Shown piece by piece: positions 49,311-58,660 of a DNA stretch of 64,000 nucleotides; position 1 is the stretch's first letter, and every line of letters starts with the position of its first letter. Both the position numbers and the translations under genes were made by a program. Location: NCBI GenBank assembly GCA_050013255.1, contig JBEKFP010000001.1, forward strand, positions 1,024,001 through 1,088,000. The letters are read 5' to 3'. The notes beneath the pieces were generated by a model. That model ran no database searches. It was not told where the DNA came from and was given only the letters and a program-made list of their open reading frames with translations. This stretch comes from Candidatus Bathyarchaeia archaeon (GTDB lineage: Archaea; Thermoproteota; Bathyarchaeia; 40CM-2-53-6).

Positions 49311-50417
49311 GTGTTGAGTTCAGCGTTAATGATCACCGATCGCGGAACGAAAGTGGAAGACATTGATACTCCTGCGCTATTGCTAGATTTGGAAAATCTG
49401 GAGCGCAACATCAAGAGGATGGCCGACTACTTTCATGATAAACAAACCAAAATGAGACCACACATCAAAACTCACAAGTGTCCGATCATAGCTCACAAGC
49501 AGATTGCAGCTGGCGCGGAAGGAATTGCATGCCAAAAACTAAGCGAAGCTGAAGTAATGGTTGAATCTGGAATACGTGACGTTCTCATAACTAATCAGGT
49601 GATCGGATGGAACAAAGTACTGCGACTCGCCAAGTTGGCTCACCATAGTACGATTACAGTACTCGTGGACAATACCGAAAACGTGCAACAATTGTCAACA
49701 GCAGCTCAGCAAGAGGGCGTCCAGCTTGGTGTGCTCGAGGAAATAAATGTGGGCATGAATCGTTGCGGAGTCCCTCCTGGCGACGGCGCGGTTGCATTAG
49801 CGCGCGAAATCTCGAATAAGCAAGGTTTGAACTTCAAAGGAATACTCGGCTACGAGGGACATTGTGTATTGATAGACAACTATGAGCACAAGAAAAGTCT
49901 TTGTCTGGAAGCAATGACCAAGAACATCGAGACCAAGAACAAGTTGGAACAATCGGGTCTGCGCGTAGAGAGCGTGCGGGCTGGAGGAACAAGCACGTAC
50001 AATATTACTGGAACATATCCTGGCATAACGGAAGTGCACCCTGGCACATATGCCACAATGGATGCGAAATTCAAGAGCATGGGAATCCCGTTCGATTACG
50101 CAGTCACGCTCTTGACATCGGTGATAAGCAATCCTCAGCCAGGCAGGTTCACGCTAGATGCTGGAATGAAAGCAATCACATCTGAATATGGACTTCCGCA
50201 ACCTAGGAGGGAGGGACTGGAACTGACACACCTATACGAGGAGCATGCTCTCGTGGAAGACAAAAATCTGCAAACCCACCTCGGGCTAGGTGACAAAGTG
50301 GAACTGGTTCCCACCCACGGATGCACTACCATCAACCTGCACGACCAATTTCACTGCGTAAGACACGGGTACTTGGAGTCCGTTTGGAGCATTTCCGCAA
50401 GAGGCAAGGTTTCGTAA
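49311..50417 (+). CDS. DSD1/D-threonine aldolase family PLP enzyme (alanine racemase fold)
   Basis: DTPALLLD, RPHIKTHK, GMNRCG, YEGH, GGTST, DAGMKA, EEH, PTHGCTTINL. Confidence 0.9.
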   Translation: MLSSALMITDRGTKVEDIDTPALLLDLENLERNIKRMADYFHDKQTKMRPHIKTHKCPIIAHKQIAAGAEGIACQKLSEAEVMVESGIRDVLITNQVIGWNKVLRLAKLAHHSTITVLVDNTENVQQLSTAAQQEGVQLGVLEEINVGMNRCGVPPGDGAVALAREISNKQGLNFKGILGYEGHCVLIDNYEHKKSLCLEAMTKNIETKNKLEQSGLRVESVRAGGTSTYNITGTYPGITEVHPGTYATMDAKFKSMGIPFDYAVTLLTSVISNPQPGRFTLDAGMKAITSEYGLPQPRREGLELTHLYEEHALVEDKNLQTHLGLGDKVELVPTHGCTTINLHDQFHCVRHGYLESVWSISARGKVS

Positions 50418-50424
50418 TAAAGGC

Positions 50425-51354
50425 CTACTTCCCACCGTGAATAGCACGGGATATCGCTAACAGTTTTCGGTCCCGGTCCTTCACTATGTCATCCTGAAGA
50501 TTTCTGTAGTCATAAAACCCTCCACCCGACTTGACACCCATTCTTCCGCTCTCAACCAACCTCTTCAATTTAGCGGGAGGAGTCGAGGAGTTATCCAAGT
50601 CTTTGAAAAGTTCTTCTGACAAATGATAGAAAACATCGAGTCCTCCGAAATCACAAACTCTGAAAGGCCCAAGAATGGGATATCTGAACCCCGGCCCAAA
50701 ACAGACCGCCGTGTCTATGTCTTCGATGCTTGCAACTCCTCTTTCAAGAAGACTAAGTGCTTCACGCAACAACGCGATTTGCAGTCGGTTCCCGACGAAC
50801 CCAGGAATCGGCTTCAGAATTGTTATAGGTTTCTTACCGATTTCGGTCAAAATCCTTCGAGTGCGTTCCAAGGTCTCTCCCGTTGTGTTTTTCCCTGTCA
50901 TGATTTCAACCAGAGGGATAATCTGTGGGGGATTCCACCAATTGGTTCCAATTACCCTGTCTGAGGTTCGCATTTTAGAAGAAATGTCCGTCACGCTTAG
51001 GCCCGAGGTATTTGATGCAAGAACCGCATCTCGAGGTGCCGAGGCCTCTAACAGATTGAAAATCTTCCTCTTAGTTGCCAAGTCTTCAGTAACTGCTTCA
51101 GTAACATAGTCGACACTCTCTACTGCTTGGCGTGGGTCGAGGGTTGTATGGATTCTTGCAATAGTTTTCTCCGACTCCTTTGGTTTCAGGAGATGTACTT
51201 CTTCTAACAAAGACAAGTTCGCTTTGACCTGCTTGAGCGCATGTTGGAGGATATCTTCTCTAACGTCAGCAAGCCAAACTTCGTATCCGCTCTGAGAGAA
51301 GGCTTGTGCTATGCCACGTCCCATCGTACCTGCTCCTATTACGGCGGTCTTCAG
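50425..51354 (-). CDS. 3-hydroxyacyl-CoA dehydrogenase family protein (probable CTG start)
   Basis: EAVTEDL..K, ASNTS, NPP..IPLVE, PGFVGNRLQ, GVKSGGGFYDY. The Rossmann motif LKTAVIGAGTMG extends upstream of ATG 51324 to CTG 51354, with an in-frame TGA just upstream. Confidence 0.88.
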   Translation of the reverse strand: MKTAVIGAGTMGRGIAQAFSQSGYEVWLADVREDILQHALKQVKANLSLLEEVHLLKPKESEKTIARIHTTLDPRQAVESVDYVTEAVTEDLATKRKIFNLLEASAPRDAVLASNTSGLSVTDISSKMRTSDRVIGTNWWNPPQIIPLVEIMTGKNTTGETLERTRRILTEIGKKPITILKPIPGFVGNRLQIALLREALSLLERGVASIEDIDTAVCFGPGFRYPILGPFRVCDFGGLDVFYHLSEELFKDLDNSSTPPAKLKRLVESGRMGVKSGGGFYDYRNLQDDIVKDRDRKLLAISRAIHGGK

Positions 51355-51590
51355 AGATGATCACTCACATGCTGTTTCAGATTCACCGTCCGATTAGGGT
51401 TTTCGGTGTGTGAATTAACCAAGGACTCCTACTGGAAGATTGCCGAACGTACCTGACCCCGAAGCGAAGTCCTTCTTGTCTGTGCGCACAGACAGGCATT
51501 AATGAGAAACGTCCCGTCACTTACTCTGATTTATGGCAGTTTGTCAGGACTGAGGAAGAATTCAGGGGGAAACAGACTCTAATATAGCTT

Positions 51591-51612
51591 GGCAAAAAAC
51601 TGGGCAAAAAGC
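51591..51612 (-). terminator. Oligo-T terminator (tandem TTTTTGCC)
   Basis: The minus strand reads TTTTTGCCCAGTTTTTTGCC about 25 nt after the stop at 51634. Confidence 0.5.
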
Positions 51613-51633
51613 GCTTAAACCGATACAGTCGAT

Positions 51634-52302
51634 TTATCGTCTTAGTATTGCGCCTGAGGGTGATGTTACGAGTATCCACATGGCTTCTTCGGGTATGAGC
51701 ATCGTGGTGCTTGTCGCCCGAATCCATGCTCCGCTAGGGTTATCGTAAATCCACACATTGTTCTCATCGTAACTTCCAGAAATACTTGACAAGTATTGCC
51801 CTACGGTCTCGTTCTGGATGATGGGTTGAGGTTTGAACCCTACAAGATTCCAACCAACTTTGACTTGATATGTAGGTGGTGCTGCGCCAGGCGGGATCAC
51901 GTAACCATCAATGTATAATGTGTCTGCGGTTCGCATGTAAATCAAGTAACCATTCCCGTCAGCCATCGTAGTCAATGTGCTTGGTTTTCCTGGCGTGAAT
52001 ACAAGCCAAGACTTCGACGAGGCTGAATAAGTCCAAACCGAAATAACTTCGTTACTTGCGATTTGTGACCTCAGTAAACTCGGAATTGAAGTGCTGTTGG
52101 GTATGATTGGAAGTGAAATCAGATTCCACCCAGACTTGAGCGTAATTGCGATCAGCGAATGGAAGTTCGCTGTTTCATTCACGGGCCCGTTCATCATGAT
52201 GAAACGTGTATATGATCCACTGCCTGCACCGTTCCATGATGAAAACGCGTATCCTTTAGCCGCGTTGGCCTGAATTGTGCTGGATACTCTGCACCAGTTC
52301 AT
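51634..52302 (-). pseudogene. C-terminal fragment of a large cell-surface protein (partial InlB B-repeat-like unit plus duplicated GWNL domain)
   Basis: GYAFSSWNGAGSGSYT...MNGPVNETANF with the middle of the repeat missing; LKSGWNLISLP and VKVGWNLVGF repeats; no signal peptide. Confidence 0.6.
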
Positions 52303-52484
52303 CAGAAAGATGTTATCAACTCATACGAGTACGCAGGCTAGTTCATGGTCGTAAACCTTCTTTCGTGTTCCTTCTAGGTCGTTATACGGCAATACTATCG
52401 TTATCCGCCGTCAAGGCACCAGACTGAGCACTATCAAGAGGATGCTGAACGGTTACATGTAACGTGTCATACCAACCGTGCCAA

Positions 52485-52766
52485 TTAGCTTCGAATTTTC
52501 CGAGCGCCCTCCACTAACGATTGGGCTTTTGACATATCGAATATGGGGAGAAATTCACGATATTTGGTACTCGACGAGCCCTTTCTCTGTTCGAGCCCGC
52601 TCTTCCGAATATTGTCATCCATCTTGTCGTAGTCGTACGTAACATCCAGGTTTTCACCGCAATCTGCGCACATGTATTTGATCTTTCTTGGATCGTATTG
52701 CTTGCCGCATCCTACACATCGAAGATCAACGACGAAACTCAATCCTGTTACGCCAAGAGAATCCAA
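52485..52766 (-). pseudogene. 5' stub of a third threonine synthase-like gene
   Basis: LRCVGCGKQY...CADCGENLDVTYD...KYREFLPI...SLVEG, then stops before the PLP Lys. Confidence 0.8.
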
Positions 52767-52864
52767 TCTACTGGCCTATCTGGGGTTATTTCCATCCTTC
52801 ACGCGAGACAATGAAGCACTTAAATGAAGACCTCAAGCAGAATGTCTCGGAGTGAGCTCGAGTT

Positions 52865-53089
52865 TTGAATCCGGAACGGGTGACTATTGACGACCTCAGA
52901 AAAATCATGAAACTTATGACTGTAAGATTTGATGAAAACCGACTTGATCTAGTGACGGCGGCTCTGAATCAGGCCCTCGAAATGCTTCAACCCCTTGCGA
53001 AGCTTCTTCTTCCGAAAGAGCTCGAACCAACCACTTACCTCGCAAGGATAAAGGACGCTGGAAGGGTGGCGCGCTCTGAAAATATCTGA
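52865..53089 (+). CDS. Small GatC/AtzG-like amidase partner protein
   Basis: 74-aa helical protein ending ...LLLPKELEPTTYL, located 10 bp before an amidase; TTAAAT box upstream. Confidence 0.6.
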   Translation: MNPERVTIDDLRKIMKLMTVRFDENRLDLVTAALNQALEMLQPLAKLLLPKELEPTTYLARIKDAGRVARSENI

Positions 53090-53099
53090 ACTGCGGAAA

Positions 53100-54476
53100 A
53101 TGACTCTGCGCGAAATCGCGAAAAAGATCAGAAGCGGTGAGACATCTCCATCAGAGATAGTGAGGCTGCTATTGGAGCAGATCCGGCGTACGGATGACAA
53201 GTTACAAGCATACATAACCGTGTGTGAGGAGAGCTCTCTGAAACTCGCCGAGGCTGCGGAGCTTCAGCTAAAGGCAGGCCATGACCTCGGAGTTCTGCAT
53301 GGAATCCCGGTCTCGATCAAGGATCTGTACGAGACCGAAGGAATTCGCACAACATGCGGCTCCAGACTAATGCAAGACTATGTCCCGAAGAAGGACTCTA
53401 CAGTCGTCGCGCGCTTGAAATCGAAAGGTGCGATAGTTCTAGGGAAACTGAACACGCACGAATTCGCCTTAGGAGCAATGAGTCCTCCAACGAAAAATCC
53501 TTGGGACCTCGGTCGCATCCCAGGAGGTTCAAGCGGCGGTTCTGCGGCAGCTTTGGCTATGGGGTCTGCAATCGCAACGACCGGCTCTGACACGGGTGGA
53601 TCCATCAGAATCCCGGCGTCATTCTGTGGAGTTGTCGGGTTGAAGCCAACTTACGGACGTGTTAGTCGCGCGGGCATATTTCCGGAAAGTTGGTCCCTTG
53701 ATCATGCAGGTCCGCTAACCAAGAGACTTGAGGATGCCGCCTTGCTTCTCAGGATAATGGCTGGAAGAGACGAGTTGGATCCAACTTCCTCAGACCTCCC
53801 GGTACCGGATTATGTCCAAGAACTGGAAACCAATATCGCAGGCCTAAGAGTAGGCGTGCCGACAAACCACTTCTTCGAACACTGCGATTGTGAGATTGCA
53901 AAGGCAGTTAATGCGGCGGTCGAAGTGCTGGAAGGATTGGGTTGCACTAAAGTAGAGTTCGAATTCCCAAGCATTTCCGAGATCATGGCCGCCTACACAA
54001 CAATCGACTTGTGCGAGGCAAGCGCCTATCACGAACGGGAAATCGAACAAAGGGCCGCCGACTTTCAACCGGATGTACGTCTCCTATTGGAACAAGGCCT
54101 TCTCATTCCTGCAAGCTATTACATCCAAGCTCAGAGAGTCAGAGCAATGCTTTTCGCGAAAGTGATGAGCCTGTTCGATCACCTGGATGTGATTGTCACG
54201 CCTTCCGTACCTATTGTATCGCCCCAGGTGAGTCAGACCATCGTAAGAATCGATGATTATGAGGAAAGCGTAGACAGTGCTGCAGTCCGCTACCTCGCGC
54301 CCTTCAACCTAACCGGATTGCCTGCGCTCTCGATTCCCTGTGGCTTCTCGAGCAAAGGCCTACCAATCGGAATGCAGATAGCGGGAAGGGCCTATGATGA
54401 AAGCACGATACTAAGACTCGGCCATGAATATGAAAATGCAACAGAATGGCACATGAGGCTACCTGAGACATCATAA
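53100..54476 (+). CDS. Amidase signature family enzyme (GatA/AtzE-like)
   Basis: HGIPVSIKD, GKLNTHEFA, PGGSSGGSAAA, GSDTGGSIRIPASFCG, GLPIGMQ. Confidence 0.93.
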   Translation: MTLREIAKKIRSGETSPSEIVRLLLEQIRRTDDKLQAYITVCEESSLKLAEAAELQLKAGHDLGVLHGIPVSIKDLYETEGIRTTCGSRLMQDYVPKKDSTVVARLKSKGAIVLGKLNTHEFALGAMSPPTKNPWDLGRIPGGSSGGSAAALAMGSAIATTGSDTGGSIRIPASFCGVVGLKPTYGRVSRAGIFPESWSLDHAGPLTKRLEDAALLLRIMAGRDELDPTSSDLPVPDYVQELETNIAGLRVGVPTNHFFEHCDCEIAKAVNAAVEVLEGLGCTKVEFEFPSISEIMAAYTTIDLCEASAYHEREIEQRAADFQPDVRLLLEQGLLIPASYYIQAQRVRAMLFAKVMSLFDHLDVIVTPSVPIVSPQVSQTIVRIDDYEESVDSAAVRYLAPFNLTGLPALSIPCGFSSKGLPIGMQIAGRAYDESTILRLGHEYENATEWHMRLPETS

Positions 54477-54580
54477 CCGAAGGGTAATGTCAACTTCATT
54501 CTCGAGTGTAATCGGATTGAACGGACAAAATTCGTCATTCTTCGACAATCGAAAATCCCGCTTGCCGTTCGGCGTGGCAG

Positions 54581-54596
54581 CCAAAGTATTAAATAC
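54581..54596 (+). promoter_or_regulatory. TATA box for leaderless APC permease operon
   Basis: CCAAAGTATTAAATAC lies about 23 nt upstream of GTG 54617. Confidence 0.55.
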
Positions 54597-54616
54597 TGTT
54601 CGATAAGACCAACAGC

Positions 54617-56233
54617 GTGAGCGTTTTGTCATCTAATCAAAGTTCAAAGAAAGGTGACTTGTATCTTCGACGCGCTAGCGGCCTGGTGAGAACTGCAGGT
54701 CCATGGTCTGGTCTCGCATTCAATGTCATTTGGACTGGAAATGCGGTCGGAATTATCGCGGCCTTCATATTGAACTCATACGTCTTCGTGGCACCTGGCC
54801 AGAACATAGTTGGGCTAATACTTGTTGCCACATTGCTTTCCACCCTGAATGCGGCAACTTACATGTTCTTCTCAATGGCCATGCCACGGTCTGGTGGCGA
54901 CTACCACTACATCGGGAGAACCCTACATCCAGCGCTAGGTTTCATGAGTAGTGTCAACTGGGCGTTGTGGCTTCCCCTCGTGTTGGGCTTCGGTGGCTCA
55001 GCATTTGTTCCAATCGCACTCAACTCAATCGTGAAATCTTGGGGAGTAGCCACCAACAACCCCGTTGCAATTGCTTTTGCAGATACATTGCTTCAACAGA
55101 ATTTCGTATTTCTGACCGGAGCGATTCTGATAATCTTCTTTACGGCGATTACGATTCTGGGCACGAAAGTCTACTTTACCATACAAAACATTTCCTTCAT
55201 GTTCATGATATTGGCTGTCTTAATCACAGTTGCCGCCTTTGTAGTGAATACTCCTAGTACCTTCGCTGCGGCAATAGACCGTTCACTCGGCCAGGGTACC
55301 TATAGCTCAACTATACAGACATTTCAAACGAACTACCCATCAATCAAGCGTCCACCGGTGATCGCGATTTTGAGCGGCATCGCCCTGTGGGCCGGAATTA
55401 ACACTTGGGCGATGGGCACTTCATTGATTGCCGGCGAGGTAAAGGAGGAGAGAAAACTGAAAACGTGGATGATCGCCAACATCTTGGGCACATTGGTCAC
55501 TGGCGGAATAATGGCTTTAACCGCTTATCTCTACTTGTCATCAGTAGGAGAGAAATTCGTCTACGCAATGTCTTACCTGAGCGGTTCCGCTGGCTACAAG
55601 CTGGTATTTCCGCCCTACTACTCCTCATTTATTCCATTTGCGTTCCCGAATGTCATAGTGTTCATCATATTCGGCCTAGGCTTCTTCCTTGGTGGCATCT
55701 TCTTTTTCCCACAGAACCAGATACTCGCAAGCAGAGTCATGCTTGCTTGGTCCTTCGACCGCCTCATGCCTGGACAACTTGGACAAGTAGACAAGAGGTT
55801 CCACGCGCCGATCGTGGCGACCGCGATCTGCGGCATTATCGCGCTCATCTCGCTGTGGGTCTACGTCTATACATCATACCTCGGCTTCTTCTCGCAGCTC
55901 TTCGCCGTCGCATTCAGTTTCCTTCTAACATCAATCGCGGCCATCGTCTTCCCATTCCGCAGGAAAGCTATGTTCGAATCATCCTCAGCCAACATCAAAA
56001 TCGCAGGCCTTCCTCTAATGAGCCTTGTCGGACTCGCAAACGCAATCTTTATGGCCATATTCATTTACCAAAACTGGACAGACAGCACGCTAGGCTCGAA
56101 CAACCCTGTATCACTCGCACTTATTCTCGGAATACTAGTTGTTTCCTTCGCCCTGTTCTTCATAATACGGGCGATCAGGAAACGCCAAGGCATCGACATA
56201 GATGCGCTATTCCGAGAAATCCCGCCTGAGTGA
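54617..56233 (+). CDS. APC-family amino acid permease (paralogue of 15549..17138)
   Basis: YLRRASGLVR, MPRSGGDY, AGEVK, RVMLAWSFDRLMP, FPFRRK, FREIPPE. Confidence 0.92.
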   Translation: MSVLSSNQSSKKGDLYLRRASGLVRTAGPWSGLAFNVIWTGNAVGIIAAFILNSYVFVAPGQNIVGLILVATLLSTLNAATYMFFSMAMPRSGGDYHYIGRTLHPALGFMSSVNWALWLPLVLGFGGSAFVPIALNSIVKSWGVATNNPVAIAFADTLLQQNFVFLTGAILIIFFTAITILGTKVYFTIQNISFMFMILAVLITVAAFVVNTPSTFAAAIDRSLGQGTYSSTIQTFQTNYPSIKRPPVIAILSGIALWAGINTWAMGTSLIAGEVKEERKLKTWMIANILGTLVTGGIMALTAYLYLSSVGEKFVYAMSYLSGSAGYKLVFPPYYSSFIPFAFPNVIVFIIFGLGFFLGGIFFFPQNQILASRVMLAWSFDRLMPGQLGQVDKRFHAPIVATAICGIIALISLWVYVYTSYLGFFSQLFAVAFSFLLTSIAAIVFPFRRKAMFESSSANIKIAGLPLMSLVGLANAIFMAIFIYQNWTDSTLGSNNPVSLALILGILVVSFALFFIIRAIRKRQGIDIDALFREIPPE

Positions 56234-56299
56234 CAGCTACTTCTTCCTCCACTTTTTCTCAAACCCGATTTTTACGGGACGATCGAAAACAGAACACGA

Positions 56300-57190
56300 T
56301 TGTGTGACGAAAAGGTGATTAGGGCACTGCAAATTCACGTCACGCAAGTAGGCTTTAGAGGAGTCTCATTCGACCTGCAATCTGCAACCACGAGAGACGT
56401 GAGGAGCTTGTCCGAGAAGGCGACCAACGACGACAAAGACCGAACATTCCTTGATGAGACTTCCAAGATTATCGAAGCGGCAGAGAATAATGATGTGCTC
56501 CTAAGGGTCATGGGCTCTATTGCGTTCAAGCTCCATTGCCCACAGTTCTCTTACATGAGCGACCAGATGAATCGAAAGCTCACTGATATCGACTTCGCCT
56601 CGTACAGTTCTGAGATGAATAGCGTGGATCAGCTTCTGCGAGACCTTGATTACACCACCCAATCCTACGTCCAGCTTGCAGCAGCGTCTGTGGGAAGGTC
56701 GATCTACTGGAAAAAAGACAATTCAGTCCACATCGATGTGTTTTGGGATAAGCTGCAGATGAATCATACCGTCAACTTCCGTGGTAGACTGGAAACGGAT
56801 GAGCCGACAATCCCGCTCCCAGAACTCCTACAAGAGAAGTTCCAGATAGTGAAGATCAACTGGAAGGACATAAAAGATGTCGTTATGCTCCTTCGCGAGC
56901 ATGATGTAGCAGAGAAAGATTCAGGACGCGAAGCCGTCGACCTCTCGATCATTAGCAAAGTGTTGTCGAATGACTGGGGGTACTACTACACGTTCACCCA
57001 AAACATTAAAGAAACTCAAACCCGAATCCAAGAACTCACAATGCTCTCTGAAAACGATAAGGCGACCGTAACTGCTAGGTTAACTAGGGTGCTTGAGACG
57101 ATCGAGAGCGCACGAAAGAGCGCCAAATGGACTTTGAGGTCTAAGATTGGAACCAAGCGTATCTGGTATACCGAGGTGGGTGAAGTATAA
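56300..57190 (+). CDS. Uncharacterised nucleotidyltransferase-like protein (Pol-beta superfamily)
   Basis: LRVMGSIAFKLHC...LTDIDF, HIDVFWD, KFQIVKINWKD, LSNDWG, WYTEVGEV. The real start is probably near 56399-56408. Confidence 0.75.
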   Translation: MCDEKVIRALQIHVTQVGFRGVSFDLQSATTRDVRSLSEKATNDDKDRTFLDETSKIIEAAENNDVLLRVMGSIAFKLHCPQFSYMSDQMNRKLTDIDFASYSSEMNSVDQLLRDLDYTTQSYVQLAAASVGRSIYWKKDNSVHIDVFWDKLQMNHTVNFRGRLETDEPTIPLPELLQEKFQIVKINWKDIKDVVMLLREHDVAEKDSGREAVDLSIISKVLSNDWGYYYTFTQNIKETQTRIQELTMLSENDKATVTARLTRVLETIESARKSAKWTLRSKIGTKRIWYTEVGEV

Positions 57191-58140
57191 TGGCTTCAAC
57201 CAAGATTTTCTTCACCTCAGATGTGCATGGATCTGACCTTGTCTTCAAGAAATTTCTAAACGCGGGCAAAGCGTACAAGGCAAGCTACCTCATTCTTGGA
57301 GGAGATATTACAGGCAAAGGCCTTGTGCTCGTCTCGAAGGACGCAAATGGCTACAAGGCGAATTTCCTTGGAAAGGACGTCATGGCGACGAACGAAGCTG
57401 ATTTTGAGCGACTTAAAGGGCAAATCGTGAAGAACGGTTTCTACGTATACGTGGGCGACCCGAGCACCATAAGTGAAATGAGAGAGTCCACTGACAAGTC
57501 GGAAAAAGTTCTGATGGAATGCATGAAGGAAAGGCTCGAGTTTTGGCTGAACCTTGCAGAAGAACGGCTAAAGGGAACTGGCATTGAGTGTTACATCTCC
57601 CCCGGCAATGACGATGGGTACGAAATCGATTCAATCCTGAACTCGAGCAGCATCGTTGTCAATCCAGAGGAAAAAGTAGTCTCGCTGGCGGGGGATTACG
57701 AGATGATAACAATGGGGAAAGTCAACATGACCCCTTGGAAATGCCCACGCGACGTGACTGAGGAAGAGGTTGAGAACACGCTCGAGCACATGGTATCTCA
57801 GGTCCATGATTTTGGCAAGGCTATCTTCAACCTCCACGTACCACCCTATGACACTCTGCTCGATATCGCACCAGAACTTGACAGCGAACTAAGAGTTGTG
57901 AACCGCGGGGGGCAACCGAGTATGGTGCATGTGGGTTCTGCTTCAGTTAGGCGAGCAATAGAGAAGTATCAACCGATGCTCGGGTTACATGGGCACATAC
58001 ATGAATCAAAAGGAGTCGAGAAGATCGGGCAGTCCCTCTGTCTCAACCCCGGAAGCGAATACCAGGAAGGAATCCTGAGGGGCGCACTAATCACTCTCGA
58101 TTCGGGCAAGCTAAAGAACTATCTGCTGACATCGGCATAG
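57190..58140 (+). CDS. Calcineurin-like (Icc-related) metallophosphoesterase
   Basis: DVHG, GGDITGK, PGNDD, HVPP, HGHIHES, NPGSEY. TAATG overlap with the NTase gene. Confidence 0.9.
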   Translation: MASTKIFFTSDVHGSDLVFKKFLNAGKAYKASYLILGGDITGKGLVLVSKDANGYKANFLGKDVMATNEADFERLKGQIVKNGFYVYVGDPSTISEMRESTDKSEKVLMECMKERLEFWLNLAEERLKGTGIECYISPGNDDGYEIDSILNSSSIVVNPEEKVVSLAGDYEMITMGKVNMTPWKCPRDVTEEEVENTLEHMVSQVHDFGKAIFNLHVPPYDTLLDIAPELDSELRVVNRGGQPSMVHVGSASVRRAIEKYQPMLGLHGHIHESKGVEKIGQSLCLNPGSEYQEGILRGALITLDSGKLKNYLLTSA

Positions 58141-58210
58141 ACCCGGCTGTAACTGTGCAATCGCTTCAGATACAAGCGCGACACTTTTGCCTTCATTAGG
58201 TCATAAGAAA

Positions 58211-58456
58211 ATGAACGTTGCAGGTCAACGGCTTGGAGTTAGACGTTTATCGGTGGTAGACACCCATACCGTGGGAGAACCCACGAGTGTTGTGACCGGA
58301 TTTCCATTGGTTCGCGGAGGGTCCCTGACAGAAATCAAGAATGACATGCAGGAAAACCATTATTGGTTGAGGCGCTTCATCCTTCACGGAAGTGTGCTCT
58401 TCGACAGCACAGAGCCCCACTTGTCCCAGTGTCGATCTTTTTCGATTCTGATATAG
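58211..58456 (+). pseudogene. 5' stub of a proline racemase family gene
   Basis: SVVDTHTVGEPTSVVTGFPL..G.....KNDMQENHYWLRRFIL matches the N-terminus of 58661..59653; it diverges before EPRGH. Confidence 0.8.
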
Positions 58457-58660
58457 TTTCGTTTCATCGCGATTGTACCATTAGCCATTAGCAAAGGGGT
58501 AACGCAACGTGAGAGCTTCTCCCACATGATGGACCATTTGCATAACACTCGCGAGGTTAGGCGAAAGATTCCTTAGCTAAATTCCTCTTTTCTCTCATGC
58601 TTGGCTCGCAATTGTCCAATAACTTAACTTCAGAAAACCTTGCTCACATTCCTGTTATGT

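Noticed and set aside
53100-54476. Calling the amidase gatA
   Set aside because: No gatB nearby, catabolic context, and it resembles generic AtzE-type amidases.
55405-56229. 274-aa alternative-frame ORF inside the second APC permease
   Set aside because: Arg/His/Leu-rich with no motifs; best explained as a frame shadow of a hydrophobic gene's codon usage.
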